NCBI GenBank assembly: GCA_043228905.1
Contig: JBHGNT010000007.1
Span: 14,384,001-14,448,000, forward strand
DNA from: Azolla caroliniana
Taxonomy: Eukaryota > Plantae > Polypodiophyta
Reading direction: 5' to 3'
DNA length: 64,000 bases
Shown here: positions 51,341 to 64,000 of the stretch, one piece after another
Layout: each line of letters starts with the position of its first letter
Position numbering within the stretch: the first letter of the stretch is position 1
The notes under the pieces: generated by a model
Told to the model about the DNA's origin: nothing
Seen by the model: the letters and a program-made list of their open reading frames with translations, nothing else
Databases searched by the model: none
Position numbers and translations under genes: made by a program

Positions 51341-53749
51341 GTGCATCGACAGACTTAATAAACAGCAAGACCTTGCTTGTATCGAGCATGGTCTGATCTA
51401 ACGCCAAGAGTCGGGCAAATCGTCTTTCAAACTCTTGGAGCAGCGATGTATTCCCCCCTTTTTGGGGCTCTCAACCCACTCCATGAACTCCTGCTTTGAC
51501 AACCGAAGTGAGTTGTCGAAACCGTACCTTTCGAGGAGCCGCCCCTCAAATTCCGCCCAATTCTGGGAATCAGCTTGAACCTTCATAGTACCTAGAAAGC
51601 AAGCAAACATAAGAGATGTTGTTGTCTTGATTGTATGTGGAAACATAAGCTTATATATACATATTTTGTTACACGTTTGCATTCTCTTGCACTTTCACAC
51701 ATACTCATACACATATTGCCATGCTCACACATTCACATACCAATATGTATATACATAAACACGTAAGGATCCACATATACGAGCACATCAATGAAACACA
51801 TAAACATGTGTACTCGCCAACTTTATCTTACATTGGACAAGACATTCAAAAACAGTTGTCAATGGCACATTCACGTACAATTTTCCACATCTTACACGCA
51901 TTGCTCCCATGGAAAATGCAAAATAGATCATCAAAACCCACCTTTACCTGAATCTGGACCCTTGTGGTGCTCATCAACCTTTTACACCTTTCTTGTGGAA
52001 TTGTGATATGGATCAAGAATATGTTTGAGTGAAATTTTCAGGAATAAGTTTTTGTGAATGTAGATCACTTTTGGTGATAAATATATGTGAAAATAATTGG
52101 GAGAAATGTTTGAACATCTTTGGGATTGTTACCTTACATTCTTGCTCATTATACGACTAGCATTTAATTGATCAATTTCAATCAATTAATAGATCGAGTT
52201 TTATGATTTGCCCTCTATAAGTTTGACATAATTGGGTACCTCAACAAGATATTTCTTGCAATTATCAATTGCTACTTGACGCTAATTTCGAATAAACTAT
52301 CCCAAGACATTGCATGGTGCATGATCATGCAAAGGTCTTTGTACATATTTTGTGCATATTTTCTTGGGTTTGTTGTGATGACTATTATGGGACGGTGGTT
52401 GCTTTTGAACAACTTTATCAATATGGATGTGTATGGTGGTTATCCCCAAGGAATTCTCAATTTTACTTCTAATAAATTTAATAATCTTTTACAACCTTAT
52501 TCTTGTGAATGAAATGTCAAATCATCATTTTATTGATTTTATGTATTGAAGGATTCATTATCGCCTTGCATTAAGAAATCTTGGAAATGTCTTGGTATTT
52601 CCAAATGCCTATAGTATATACCATTTCATAGAGTTTCTACATTGGTTTACAAAATATTCCATCATTTTTGGGCTGAATGTGTCCTTTTTTTCCAAAAACA
52701 AAAACTCCATCCATTACTTATAAGGGGTGAATGTGTCTTAATTCACAAGGCTTGAATATTGTGATCATTATCCACTTGTGATAATCTCCAAATGTTCTGC
52801 TATAAAATTTTGTGTGAATTTTATGATCCTTTCCTTTCTATTTCTTCTCACATCCAAATGAGAACTCAAAAACATTGGCATTGTGTTCATTCATATAACT
52901 TAATCAATGTCTTGGTTGTTAGTATGTTTATTTACGAGTTGCATTGAGTTGTTTACCATTTTGTTCTATGTCATTCATTATATTTCTCATTTGAAGAGTC
53001 CCTTTTGATTCCATGATAAACTTTTGCCTTGATATATTTATGATATTCTATTATGGGATATTTTTACTATTGAAGCAATATATCGCTTGAAGTTACGACA
53101 AAGTTCCAATACACATCACATGCTCAAAGTCGTTAGACAATGTTTATGTCATGGGCACTGACATTTGAAAATATCCCCAATCTTTTCTTTTCACTTATGG
53201 TGGGCAAAAAGTCATGTAGTACATTATTGCCTGTTTCCTAACATCATTTTCTAGTATGTTATTTTTTTATCGGCCTAAGGTTTAGGGAGGATTTCGAAGG
53301 TACATACAATATGATATTAATAATCTTTGAAATCTAGAAATATTACAATTACTCATGTGATGAATCTACACCTACTTTTCTAGTGTCATGAATTTCACCC
53401 ATTGATGATGATGCAAAGCCAAGAAGAAGTTTGCCCATAGTTTATGATGTCATGGGCATGTCTCATTGAATTTTCTACAAAAGAAAATCCTGATGACTAG
53501 GATGGAACAGTGTGACATTTTACAATGCGTATCCTTTATTGTACTTAAACCTTGGGTCCTGAATCTTGGAGATCAATAGTTGAATAATAGAAATTGTTAA
53601 ATTCACATATTGGCGTTGAATATAATGTAACACAAGTCATGATTTTGTTTGATCCTCAGTATGTGAAAACGATGATTTCTTTGGTTACATGCTTCCAAAT
53701 ATTATCATATCTTTTGAGAAGTAAAGAAAATAAGAAGCTTTAAGTTTAA

Positions 53750-54720
53750 ACCATTTTTATTTTTATTTTCCAAAAAGTACTCCTTCCATTAGTTATAAAA
53801 TTTTATAGATGAGAGTGTTATATACAAATCCCTGTAGGGACGTGATAGTTCCATCTTATGTGGATGCCCGCTAACTCAAGAAAGGGAGAGGACGACCATT
53901 GTTGGATGAAGGCTAGCCGTTGTCTTTCAACTCCATTGGAGCCACCCTTGAGGCTATCGTATTGGCTCTTTAGAGTGGCTACAACTTCACTCCATATCTC
54001 TTGCATTAACATTATCGGATGCGTTGTTTGGTTGGAGAAGACCCATCTACACCATTGTTCCCATAAAGTCCAAAGTCTTATTGGGTTGACCAATTCCAAC
54101 ACAACTTGAGATTTGGCACTAATAGGAGTTGAGTGGATATTGTCAATGGTGGAAAAAAACCTCTTGTGCTTTTATCACCAAAGTCATCCCCTCCTCCTGA
54201 TGCTCATACCTGTCAATGAGGATCTGCCATGATAACTAATGTACATTTCCCCACTTGATTGTGCCATGCACCTAGCATAATTGCAATAGACGGCCAACCC
54301 CCCGCCATATTTGATGGGTCTCTGGGCATTCCCTCGGAGCATGTCGGATTGATTATGTTGCATTTGGGCACGCTACACAATTAGGAGAACTAAGTTCCCA
54401 TGTTGCCACGCTCCAACCAATAGTGCCTTATGTACTAAAAGCCATTGGAAAGTGGCAATTCGTCTCCCGTGAAGTTGTTTCCAAATTTTCTACCAAAACT
54501 TGGTGATAATTGTGTGAGGAACATGATATGTGTGCCAGACCTTTGCAACATCTGGCTCTCGGATGGTTTGAGCACGTAGAATGTGGCGACTCAATCTAGT
54601 CATGAATTGGAAGAAAGGGATCGCTTTGCTTCCTTGACCCGCATAAGGATCACGCCACGTCCATTGCAAAGGGTTCCAATTGACCTTATGTAGCCATGTC
54701 TTCTCATGAGTACATATGTG
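53750..54720 (-). pseudogene. 3' fragment of an L1-like LINE (zf-RVT-like C-terminus)
   Basis: Minus strand KFW*KIWK...IATFQWLLVHKAL, followed by the Trp-rich ORF 53818..54102 and an A-rich tail near 53755. Confidence 0.55.
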
Positions 54721-55149
54721 TCATTCTGGTTGTACTTTGATCGGATCGGGATCTATAATCCATACAAGTATATGCGAGTACTCGAATTGTTGTATTCAAT
54801 GTTAGTGCATTATCCAATCATATTAGCAAACTTAAATAACTTTATTTTTTAAAATATATATTTTTTCCAATAGTTCAATGCACTCTTTAGAGTACCAAAA
54901 CCTAACACAATCCTCAACATCTATAAGTTTATCTAAGCATTTTCTAACATTAGGGTGAGACAAATGAACGAAAAAATGTGTACTAGAGATAAACCATAAC
55001 CTATGCATTTCTAAGCTTTTACAATTAAGGTTGGTTTTCGGATTGGCTATAATGTGCCATTGGATGCCATGATTTGCTCTATGCATCCAAGTTATTTGTT
55101 GTGCTGAAACACGCTCTCATATTTGCTCAACCATTAGAAATAAACTTTG

Positions 55150-56450
55150 GTATAAAAAAAATGGTAAAGAACTTATAGAAAAGCTAGCTTTTGAAAACAC
55201 CATAGCAACATCAATCACTTTGACACACTTAAACTATTAATGGAAGAACATTTTTTGAGATATAAGGGTTTATATTGTTGCTTCATTGACTAAAGGAAAC
55301 TTTCAATATGGTACATTTGAGCATCTTTGGGGGTTCACGGAGGAACTTAGGGTGCTAAGTGAATATATGCTTGCAATTTCACAATCGCCATGTCTTGTGT
55401 CAAGTATTAATGGAATAAAGTCTCTTGAGAGGTAAAGATTTATATTGTTATTTCATTGACTTCAAAAAGCCTTTGATGGTACCTTGTGAGCATCTTTAGA
55501 GGTGCATAGAACAAGGTTAAATGTTGTGTATGGGTGATGAAATTTCATATTTGTTTTTCAATAGCACTATTGTTGTTAAACAAAGACGCCCACTCACACC
55601 ACCTATATTTGGTCTATGCATTGATGATTTAGAACAAATGGTTGCCAAGTTTTTAAAGGAAGAAGGTATTAAAGAAGTTATCATTATGAATGTGGTCATC
55701 ATGCTTTTATTGTATGCAGATGATGTGGTGCTTTTCGCAAATACTTTAAGAGAAACCTAAAGTTTATGTGGCCATTGGATGAAATTTGCATGCACATTAA
55801 GTTGAGTATTAATATTTCTTAAACAAAGTTTATGGTTTGTGAAGTGCCAAAATACGAATAAACCATGCATTATGTATAGAAATGAACCATTTGAAATTTG
55901 TGGAAAGTTTTAAATATCTTGGCCTTGAAGTTCCTTCAAATCATAGAAGAAAGGAATTTGTTATCCACCACTTAGAGGCGAGAAAGAGAGCATATTGTGC
56001 ATTTGAAAACACATGATATCCTGGAGAAATTAAGTGTTGTGTCCTCGAAAAATATCTTTCCCACACTTTGGTGACATTGCACTTCTCTGGTATGAGGTGA
56101 GGCGATAGCATCCCTAAGATCACTTGGAAAGAGTTTGAAAATGTTCAAAGCATTTTCGTACAAAGTCTCTCCAAGTAAAGAAACAAATGTCATACACCCT
56201 CCTTGAGAGGGGATCATTTCCCATTGAGATCATGGCTATGGAAAGGGTTGTAGAATACGTGGTTAAGATTCCAAAAAGTTCTAGAATCACATGGGAAGCA
56301 AGTAAAAAGATCCGAAGTCCAATTGGATGCAAAATATGAAAAAATGTTTTGGAAGATGGGATGCAACAAATTGTTTCATAATGCATTAGTTGATTCCTCT
56401 ATGAATGAGGCCTTTTGCAATGCCAATGTATCATGACATTGGAAAATGGT
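55150..56450 (+). pseudogene. Degenerate non-LTR retrotransposon reverse transcriptase
   Basis: LYCCFID; VKQRRPLTPPIF (GVxQGxxLSP-like); LLYADDVVL; FKYLG; many frameshifts. Confidence 0.7.
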
Positions 56451-58114
56451 GGAGTCTTGCACTCACACATTATACTACATATGCAAGAACAATCACAATT
56501 ATCTTTAGCCCCATCACTCAAACTCATGCTACACGTTAATCAACAAATCCACAACGGGCTCTTGACTAAGAGGTTAACAATAATCTCACCACCATTGTCA
56601 TCAGCAACTAAAGATTTGCATCTTTTCTCATCAAAGTGTTTCCCTCATTTCAGAAATCAACCTATGTTAGAGATAAAAAGTTACAACCTATCTTACTTGA
56701 GAACCTTACATATACACTTGATGGGATATTTGTCAATTTAATTTATTTATTGGTGTAATCTCTTGTTAGGTATTATAAGCCATTTTGGCCTATTAAAAGA
56801 ATCTCTCTCTCTCTCTCTCTCTCTCCTCTTCGCTTGGTGGTTTACACAATAGCATCAAAGTTCAATTGATGGATGTACAAGATCTAGTTCAATATGAAAA
56901 CATACCTCTACACATGTAATAGTACCTAACTGCTAAATTCAAATTGTGTATCTTTATGTTGTTCTCATCGTATACTCTTTCTGTTTAGTGAAACCCTTTG
57001 TTGTTCTTTTGAGGGTATTGGTCATATCTTGAAAAATCACCCATTGAGTGATTTGGAATCTTAGGGCCCATAGTTTTATTGTAGAAAAATGTATTTAGGG
57101 GATTGAATGGTCTCTCTAATCAATAAATAACTTTGTCAATTTATCATAAATTCATTATTGGTAGGTTATGTTACTCACTCTTGATGGATCAAACCATTCT
57201 CATTATCTTAATCGAGCATATCTCTTTGATTAATGTTGTATTTGTTTGGTGTGACTTGTGGATAGGTAGTAGTGCATTTTCTATTTTATATCTTATTTAG
57301 ACGGTAGGGTGTGATAAGGTTGCCGTATTCTAGAAATTGATGCAACTTCCTATATTTGATAAAGCTCTAAATATTCAATAGTCTTATATGTTCAATATCC
57401 TTGATTGCCCATTTTCTCCAAAGGTTTCTCATAGGGGGGAACAAGAATTCCCACACCTGGTGTTCAGTCAAAAGGTTAGGTAGAATTCACAAATATCTAA
57501 GTGTACCTAGTGGCCAATGATTTTGCCTCGTATCAAAATAGATTTCGTGAAGGAGAAAATCTCGTGAATGCAAGGAAGAAGACGCAAGGTGCGAACAACG
57601 CAACAATAAAGATCCCCATCAGCCCATGTTGAATTTTGCTAAAAGCCAATAATGAAGCTCACAGGCCCGAGGTACAATGGTATGTTGTCAAAGTATAGAT
57701 GCGAGGAGCACACACATCGGTCCACTCTCGGGGCGTAAGATGGGGGGGGAACTATTTAGGTTAAGGCATGGTTGGGAAGGATGAGTCAATCGATTGTTGT
57801 GAACCTATACTAAGAAGAAAGGAAAAAAGAAGAAAAGGAGGAATGACTTTACATGTGAGTAGTAAGCCAAAAAAGACTTTTCCTTTTCTTGTTACGGCAG
57901 GAAGTTGGGGGGACCAAAAAAAAAGGCCATTGGACATTTGTTTTTTAATTGAAATTTCTTTATTTATTATATAGTGGTATTTGAATAGGAGTAATATATC
58001 AGCTTTTGGGCGCAAAGAAAAGGTGGGGGCGGGGGCGGTCAAGATTAAAAGTCCGAGCGACAGGACAGTGTGAAACGGCGCCGGACAAAAAAAGGAGGAA
58101 CAGGGCATACATAT

Positions 58115-58437
58115 AGAAGGGGCAATTCACACGGGCAAAAAGGGAGAATAAGCGGCGCTTCATACGCGTATGGGCATACATATACACGCATATATTTATA
58201 TAAGGGGCGATTCACACGGGTAAAAAAGCGTGAATAAGGAGAAGCTTTTAATATGTAGGACATATGTACATACATATATAAGGGGTGATTCACACGGGCC
58301 AAAAAAAAGAGTAAATAAATATTTAAGGAGAAGCTTTAATGCGTAGGACATATATAAGGGGCGATTCACACGGGCAAAAAGAAAAGAAAAGGATGAATAA
58401 GGGGCGGTTCACACGTCTGGAATGGGGCGGTTCACGA
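58115..58437. repeat. Degenerate tandem repeat with GGGGCGATTCACACGGG core, upstream of kinase gene
   Basis: Six cores at ~58118, 58204, 58282, 58357, 58401, 58424. Confidence 0.75.
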
Positions 58438-59089
58438 TAGTGACACGTATTCCTCTGTACTTTTTTCTTTTACATTTTCTCTGTTTGGCTGTACGTTCCT
58501 AACACTTCCGTATTCCGTGGTCCCTTTCTCGTTATTAAATTAATAATAATGGATTATTATTATTATATTTCACTTACTATTAATTATAGTTATTTGTCAA
58601 TCCACTTGCCCATCTCAGGTCCAATATAATAATAATAAACACGAAAGCCATTTATCTATTTATTTATTTTTATTTATTTTTATTATGAACCAAAAAGCTT
58701 TTTATGACAAAATAGCTGCATTTTTATTCTATCTTTTTTGAAATTTCTTTGCTCTTTTTCTTCTCCTTATTATTATTATTATTATCAAATTAAAGAATAA
58801 AAGAAACAAAAGAAAAACTACAAAATTTTCTTGTGTGCTCTTTTTGAACGTGTCGTCTCTCTCAGTCGTCTCTCTCTCTCCGCTTCTCCTCCTTCTCCTT
58901 CTCCTTCTGTTTCTGTTTCTGCCTCTGTTCTGTAGCACTGTTGAAGAAATCAACCGATTCGATTCATCGCCATCGCCATCGCCATCCCCACCCTAATCCA
59001 CTCTGTCACTCTCCTCCGCCTCCTCTTCCTTTATATTTTCTCTACATCCCCCCACCACCCCCACCCCCACCCCCACCCCTCTCCCCTCA

Positions 59090-59735
59090 TTCACAACCCT
59101 AAATCCTCTGCTTCGAAACCCTATTTCTCAACCCCAGGCCCTGTTCCTAATTGACGATCCTGCAAACCCTAATCCTTTCCCTCTTCTTACCCTTTTGCTT
59201 GGAATCCCTAATCCTCTCCTTCTTACCACTCGTTTCTGGCTTCCAAAACCTGATCCTCTGCTCCGTACCCTAGTCACTCTGGCCTTTATCCTCTTCATTC
59301 CTCTTCTTGGTACCCTAATCCTTTCCTTTCTGTCTTCAGTACCCTAATCCTCTGCTCCGTACCCTAACTCTGGTTTGCAATCCCCAATCCTCTGCTTCAC
59401 ACCCTAATTCTGACTCCTCGAAAGTTACTCCAATAATCCTCAGATTTATGCTCTAATTCTCACGAAGAAATCCTAGTCCTCGTCCTTAAAACCCAAACCT
59501 AATCGAAGGCCCTAATTTTGTCAAAAAAACCCCCCAATACTCTAATTCCGTCCCTTTACTTGGCTTCAGACCTGTTTCTATCGATTGAAAACCTATTACT
59601 ATGCTTCATACCTCGCGTTCTGAGATCTAAAACCTAATCTTTTTCCTCAAACCCTAAATCTCTGCTTCATACCTCATCAATTCAAAAACCAAACCCTCTG
59701 TTTGATGACCAAAAACATCCGGAGACCCTAATTCT
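59090..59735 (+). promoter_or_regulatory. Cluster of telo-box-like ACCCTAA motifs in the probable 5' leader
   Basis: About 10 exact or one-mismatch copies of ACCCTAA, often followed by TCCTCTGCT. Confidence 0.5.
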
Positions 59736-59855
59736 TTGCTTTAAAAATCTCTAATCATCTGGAAATGCTATAAGTCTCCCACATTAATGATTCCTTCAGT
59801 GTCTTTGCCTGCACCATCATCATCAACATCTTCTTCTTTGATTAGCTAATAATTA

Positions 59856-62606
59856 ATGATAATGACAGAACAATCTAGCAAAGCTTCGTCTTCATCTTCA
59901 TCTTCTTCATGGCTTCTTCGCACACGTTACTCTCGGACAGTCTACCACCAGCCAGGCATGATATCGAAGATCTCTGCTACTTGGAACCCTTCTTCATTTC
60001 CTTCTTCAAATCCTTCGAATTCTTCGCCCTGCAAAAACAGTATAATTTCTTCTCCTCCTCCTCCTCCTCCTCCTCCTCCTCTTTGTAATTCAAAGAATAA
60101 TGATACCACCACCACCAAGAAGATGAAGCAGAAGAAGAAGAAGAAGAATCCCCTCATACAATTCTCCGATATATTCAACCTTCGGCCTCAGGCTTTATCG
60201 GCGAAAACCTCTGCGTCCGCAAAAGACAAAGAAGGTCAAGTCTTATTAGGTCAAGAAGAAGAGATTCAAGAAGAACATATCAATGGTGGATTGGATTTCT
60301 CTTTCCCTTCACCCTTTTCTTCTTCACCCATTAGTGACACCTCCTCCTCACTCGACCATAGCGTGAGCTCGAAGGTGGATTGCGGTTACAATCCTTCGTC
60401 TTATGTAGAAGAAGATCATTGTATGAGTTCTATGCCATGTACTATGGCTTGTAATGGTGATGATATTTCAACTTCATCTGGAGATTTTCTGTGCTCCATA
60501 ACTAGAGAATTTCGATCGACATTGACAACTTGTACACAACGCAGGTTCTTACAGTCGGTCTTCAATTCTCTCTCTTTGAGCTCCACCAGACAATGCTCAG
60601 AAATTGGCTTTGATGATGATGGGTCTAGTCATGGGAATAACTGTATCTCTATGTCTTCGAACAATAGCTTTAACGATCGATCGAGTCCTAATCAAACCTC
60701 CCCTCACATTAATGGATCCTTAAAGAAGAGTTCTTCATGGTTTAGCAAGATTTCGCCAATTGGATCTCCAAAATCTCAAATGTCACCACTTGGATCTCCT
60801 AAGATCAATTCCCCTAGTGTTTCACCCAAGTGTTCACCTCAGAACTCATTCCGAAGGAGCCTTTCGCCAAAAGGTTCTCCAAGGAACTCGTTCCGAAAGA
60901 CCTTTAATGATGGTGCCAAAGGATTGATACAAAGAGTCCCATCTTGGTCTTCTTTTCTATCCAACTCTATGGGTGGAGAAAAAGCTGTCCTTTCATCCGA
61001 AATCTGGATGCTAGATCTCTCGCAATTGCTCCTCGGGGAGAGATTCGCTTGTGGAAACCATAGCCGACTCTATCGAGGTGTATATAAAGACATTTCGGTC
61101 GCAGTTAAGGTTATCCGACAACCCGATGAAGATAGTATTACGGCTGATCGATTACAACAAATCTTCACACAAGAGGTCACCATGCTCTCTTGCCTACAAC
61201 ACCAAAGAGTTGTCAAGGTATTAAACTACTAGTATACACACAAAAACACAATGAACTCGTTGTACGTTCTAATTGCTAACAAATCATATTAAATGTGTTG
61301 TAGTTTATCGCGGCTTGCAAGAAGCCCCCAGTGTTGTGTGTTGTTACCGAGTATCTTCCCGGTGGCTCACTCCGGTCTTTTTTAAGCAAGAGGAAAGGCG
61401 AGATTCTACCCCTAGAAGACGTAGTTCGAATGGCATTAGACATCGCGTGTGGCATGGAGTATCTACACTTGAAGGGGGTTATACATAGAGACCTAAAATC
61501 GGAAAACCTAGTTCTGGCCGAAGATGGAAGTGTGAAAATCGTCGACTTTGGGGTGTCACGGTTCGAATCCGAATGCAATGCCCGAGAAGATGACCCCGGG
61601 ACTTACCGATGGATGGCTCCAGAGATGTTGTGTTTGAAGCCGTATTCTAGAAAGGTGGATGTATATAGCTTTGGGATTGTGTTTTGGGAGCTCCTCACCA
61701 CCCTTCTCCCATATGAAGATTTGACTGCAATCCAAGCAGCTTTTCTTGTAAGCAACAAGGTAATATATGCAAATAATTTGTTTTTCCTTTTATCTTTTCT
61801 TGTTTTCTTTTCCAAAAAACTTCCTTTATCTTTTTAGCTTTTCATGATGAGGTTTTGAATGACGAGGCTTGTTTTGCTCTCCATGTTTCATTCTTTTTCA
61901 ACCTAAAATAGTGGCTTGGTTTTTCTCTCCTATCTTGTCTAATTATGAGTAGTGACTTATGTTTTTCTTTATCTAAAGGTAGTTCCTTCTCCATTTTTCT
62001 ATCTAAAGTAAATGTAGCTTTATTTCATCATCATGTTTTTGTTATCTAAAGTAGCTAGTAATAAACATAGACCTAGACAAAGTACCTTTTTAAGAGATCA
62101 TTAAGACCTCCATGATCTTCTTGAATCAGTGATGCATGTCATCAATGATTCTTGTTTTTTCATATGTATGAGTACATTTGTGTACGAGCATAATTAGGTT
62201 GTAGAAATAATTAAGGTTTCCATACAATTCTTCTTTTGTCACATAACCACCAAATGACAAGCTAGTTTTAGTTTGTGACAAACATACATCTACATGCTAG
62301 GCATACAAGACTTTTGTGTGAATTGATCTTGTTTTTTGTTTGTTTTTGAAATATTAACCAACACCTTTCGCTTACCTAAACATTTTTATGTTACAGGACA
62401 TAAGACCTCCGATCCCGTCTGATTGCCCTCCACAGTTGGAAGTTTTGATGAAACAATGTTGGTCTACAGATCCTTCTACAAGGCCAGAATTTTGGGAGAT
62501 ATTAAGAACATTGAATTTGTTTCAGCAATCCCTTGATAGTGGCATTGTGACATTTGAGTCACCCCTTCATGAGAGATGCTTACCATCATGGTTAGATTCG
62601 GAATAG
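59856..62606 (+). CDS. Raf-like MAPKKK-family Ser/Thr/Tyr kinase (group C, HT1/Raf36-like), ~675 aa
   Basis: Exons 59856-61217, 61304-61759, 62397-62606 with phase-0 GT-AG introns; VAVK, FIAACKKPPV, HRDLKSEN, DFG, GTYRWMAPE, DVYSFG; long Ser/Pro-rich N-terminus. Confidence 0.93.
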
Positions 62607-64000
62607 AAATTTTGGGTTATATATAAAAATCCTCCTTATAAAGTCCCTTAGGCCAATGGACAGAATTCTTTATTACTTACATAAGGGCATTTTTTCCCTT
62701 GCCTAGTTTACATAGCCTAGTATTGTACATATAGCAAAAGGTTTAATTAGAGCTCAATTTGAGTTTATCCTATTGCGGATTGTTTCTCACATCAATTTGT
62801 GAAGTTCTAGGTCATGAAGTGGTATAGACATTGTAGAGGAAGTGCTAAGTTTAAATATGAATTATTTCATTCTTGTAGTTGTATCGACAAGGACAAGTTT
62901 CTAAAACAATAAAAAAACTTGGATTGTGGTTGTCCCCTAAGAGTTAGTGGCAACTATCTCTTGATTGCTTTGATAGACTAAAAGTTATTGATGATTGATA
63001 TTTTGGTGAACATTATCCACAATGTGGGGAAGGCATGAATGAATTACACACAATAACCGAAAAAGAAGCGGTCAGCTCATATTGGGTCAATTGGATTTCG
63101 ATATACATTTGTTGTTAAGTGTGTGCATTCAAAGCCTATTTAAGAATATCTTATTAAATAGCTTTTTCATGAATAAAATGTGCCCTTTTCCTATTCAAAT
63201 TGTAGCCACTTGTCTTCTTTGCTTTGCATCTATGAGGTGTCTAAAAACAATATTATTGCTTCATTAATGGAGAGCATGTGCAAATATTTGACAATACTGG
63301 TGTGGTTCCGTTCCGTCAATTCCCAATTATAAAGAATTTTTCAAAGTAGCGACTTAAGCTTTTCTATTATTACACCAAATTGGGGAGCCTTGGTGACAAG
63401 CGTGTAGACAATGTTGGGATGGGTGTGTCATGACCTCTTTGGAGGTTTGGGCCCCAAAATTACGTTACTCTTTACCTTTTGGATCTGCAAGATTATAGAC
63501 TCATCACCAACGGAGACAATGATTCGAAATCAACTATACATTCATAAGTTTGAAGAGATTTCTAGATTTTGCGTTTTTTTTTTCAAGCTATTTTCACATA
63601 CACAGTTTAAGATTGGGATATTACAACCACAAATATAATTGTATAAATTTAGGCATCCCTTTTAATTGACCTTTCTAACTTTTCCACGAAAGAACCATCA
63701 TTTACCTTGAACTTTCCCTTTCTTTTCCCTTTCTGAATTTTTTTATTTAAGTGTTGCGAACAAGTAATGGGCATTCCTACCAATAAAAATTAATCACGAT
63801 ATCATATGAGACTACATAAAACAACTTGTTTGATTACTGAAGGGGATGTGAAAATGTATTCTAATTCAAACAAAATGGTATTAATTTTCTTATCTTTGGT
63901 AGGTAGTTGATGCACATAATGACAATAACTTTAAGAAATCTAGATATTTGGTGTGGCCCACAATGTCATCCTTGATCTAAGCAAAGATAAGCAAAGAGAA

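Larger units (their letters stand above)
33304..51590 (-). mobile_element. Old degenerate Gypsy family-A element A4, fragmented by E, D and a solo LTR
   Basis: INT/RH 33304-34681, RT 40353-41044, pol N-terminus and gag 49096-50463, gag 51341-51590; reading frames rejoin across each insertion. Confidence 0.85.

Noticed and set aside
51600-53750. Short ORFs in an AT-rich stretch
   Set aside because: No recognisable domain, termini or splice pattern; left unclassified.
56667-56861. Possible eroded Copia LTR with PBS-like TAGCATCAAAG
   Set aside because: Three mismatches to the Met PBS and no partner LTR or ORF; too weak to call.

Overview
Eukaryotic (land-plant-like, probably non-seed plant; inference) genomic DNA. 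Positions 1-51.6 kb are a deeply nested LTR-retrotransposon cluster; I use my own labels for the elements. It holds five copies or fragments of one GC-rich non-chromoviral Ty3/Gypsy family (A1-A4 and the near-intact copy C; tRNA-Trp PBS, 4-bp TSD, gag-PR/pol separated by a conserved -1 frameshift pseudoknot). It also holds an Athila/Tat-like Gypsy (B) with an extra 3' ORF, two chromoviruses (F; Tcn1/Tf1-like D), a Copia (E), two solo LTRs and a non-autonomous hAT with an internal ~375-bp tandem array. Degenerate LINE fragments follow at 53.7-56.5 kb, then one host gene, a 3-exon Raf-like (HT1/Raf36-type) kinase at 59856-62606. The most striking observation is that element B has no polypurine tract. 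In its place, 2 nt before the 3' LTR, sits a sense-strand copy of a tRNA 3' end (T-arm through CCA) complementary to the element's own PBS, suggesting non-canonical plus-strand priming. Other highlights are the covarying frameshift pseudoknot, tRNA-like Pol III A/B boxes inside two unrelated LTRs, a hAT inserted exactly in D's self-priming site, and a probable 8.7-kb inversion. All alignments and counts were done by eye.
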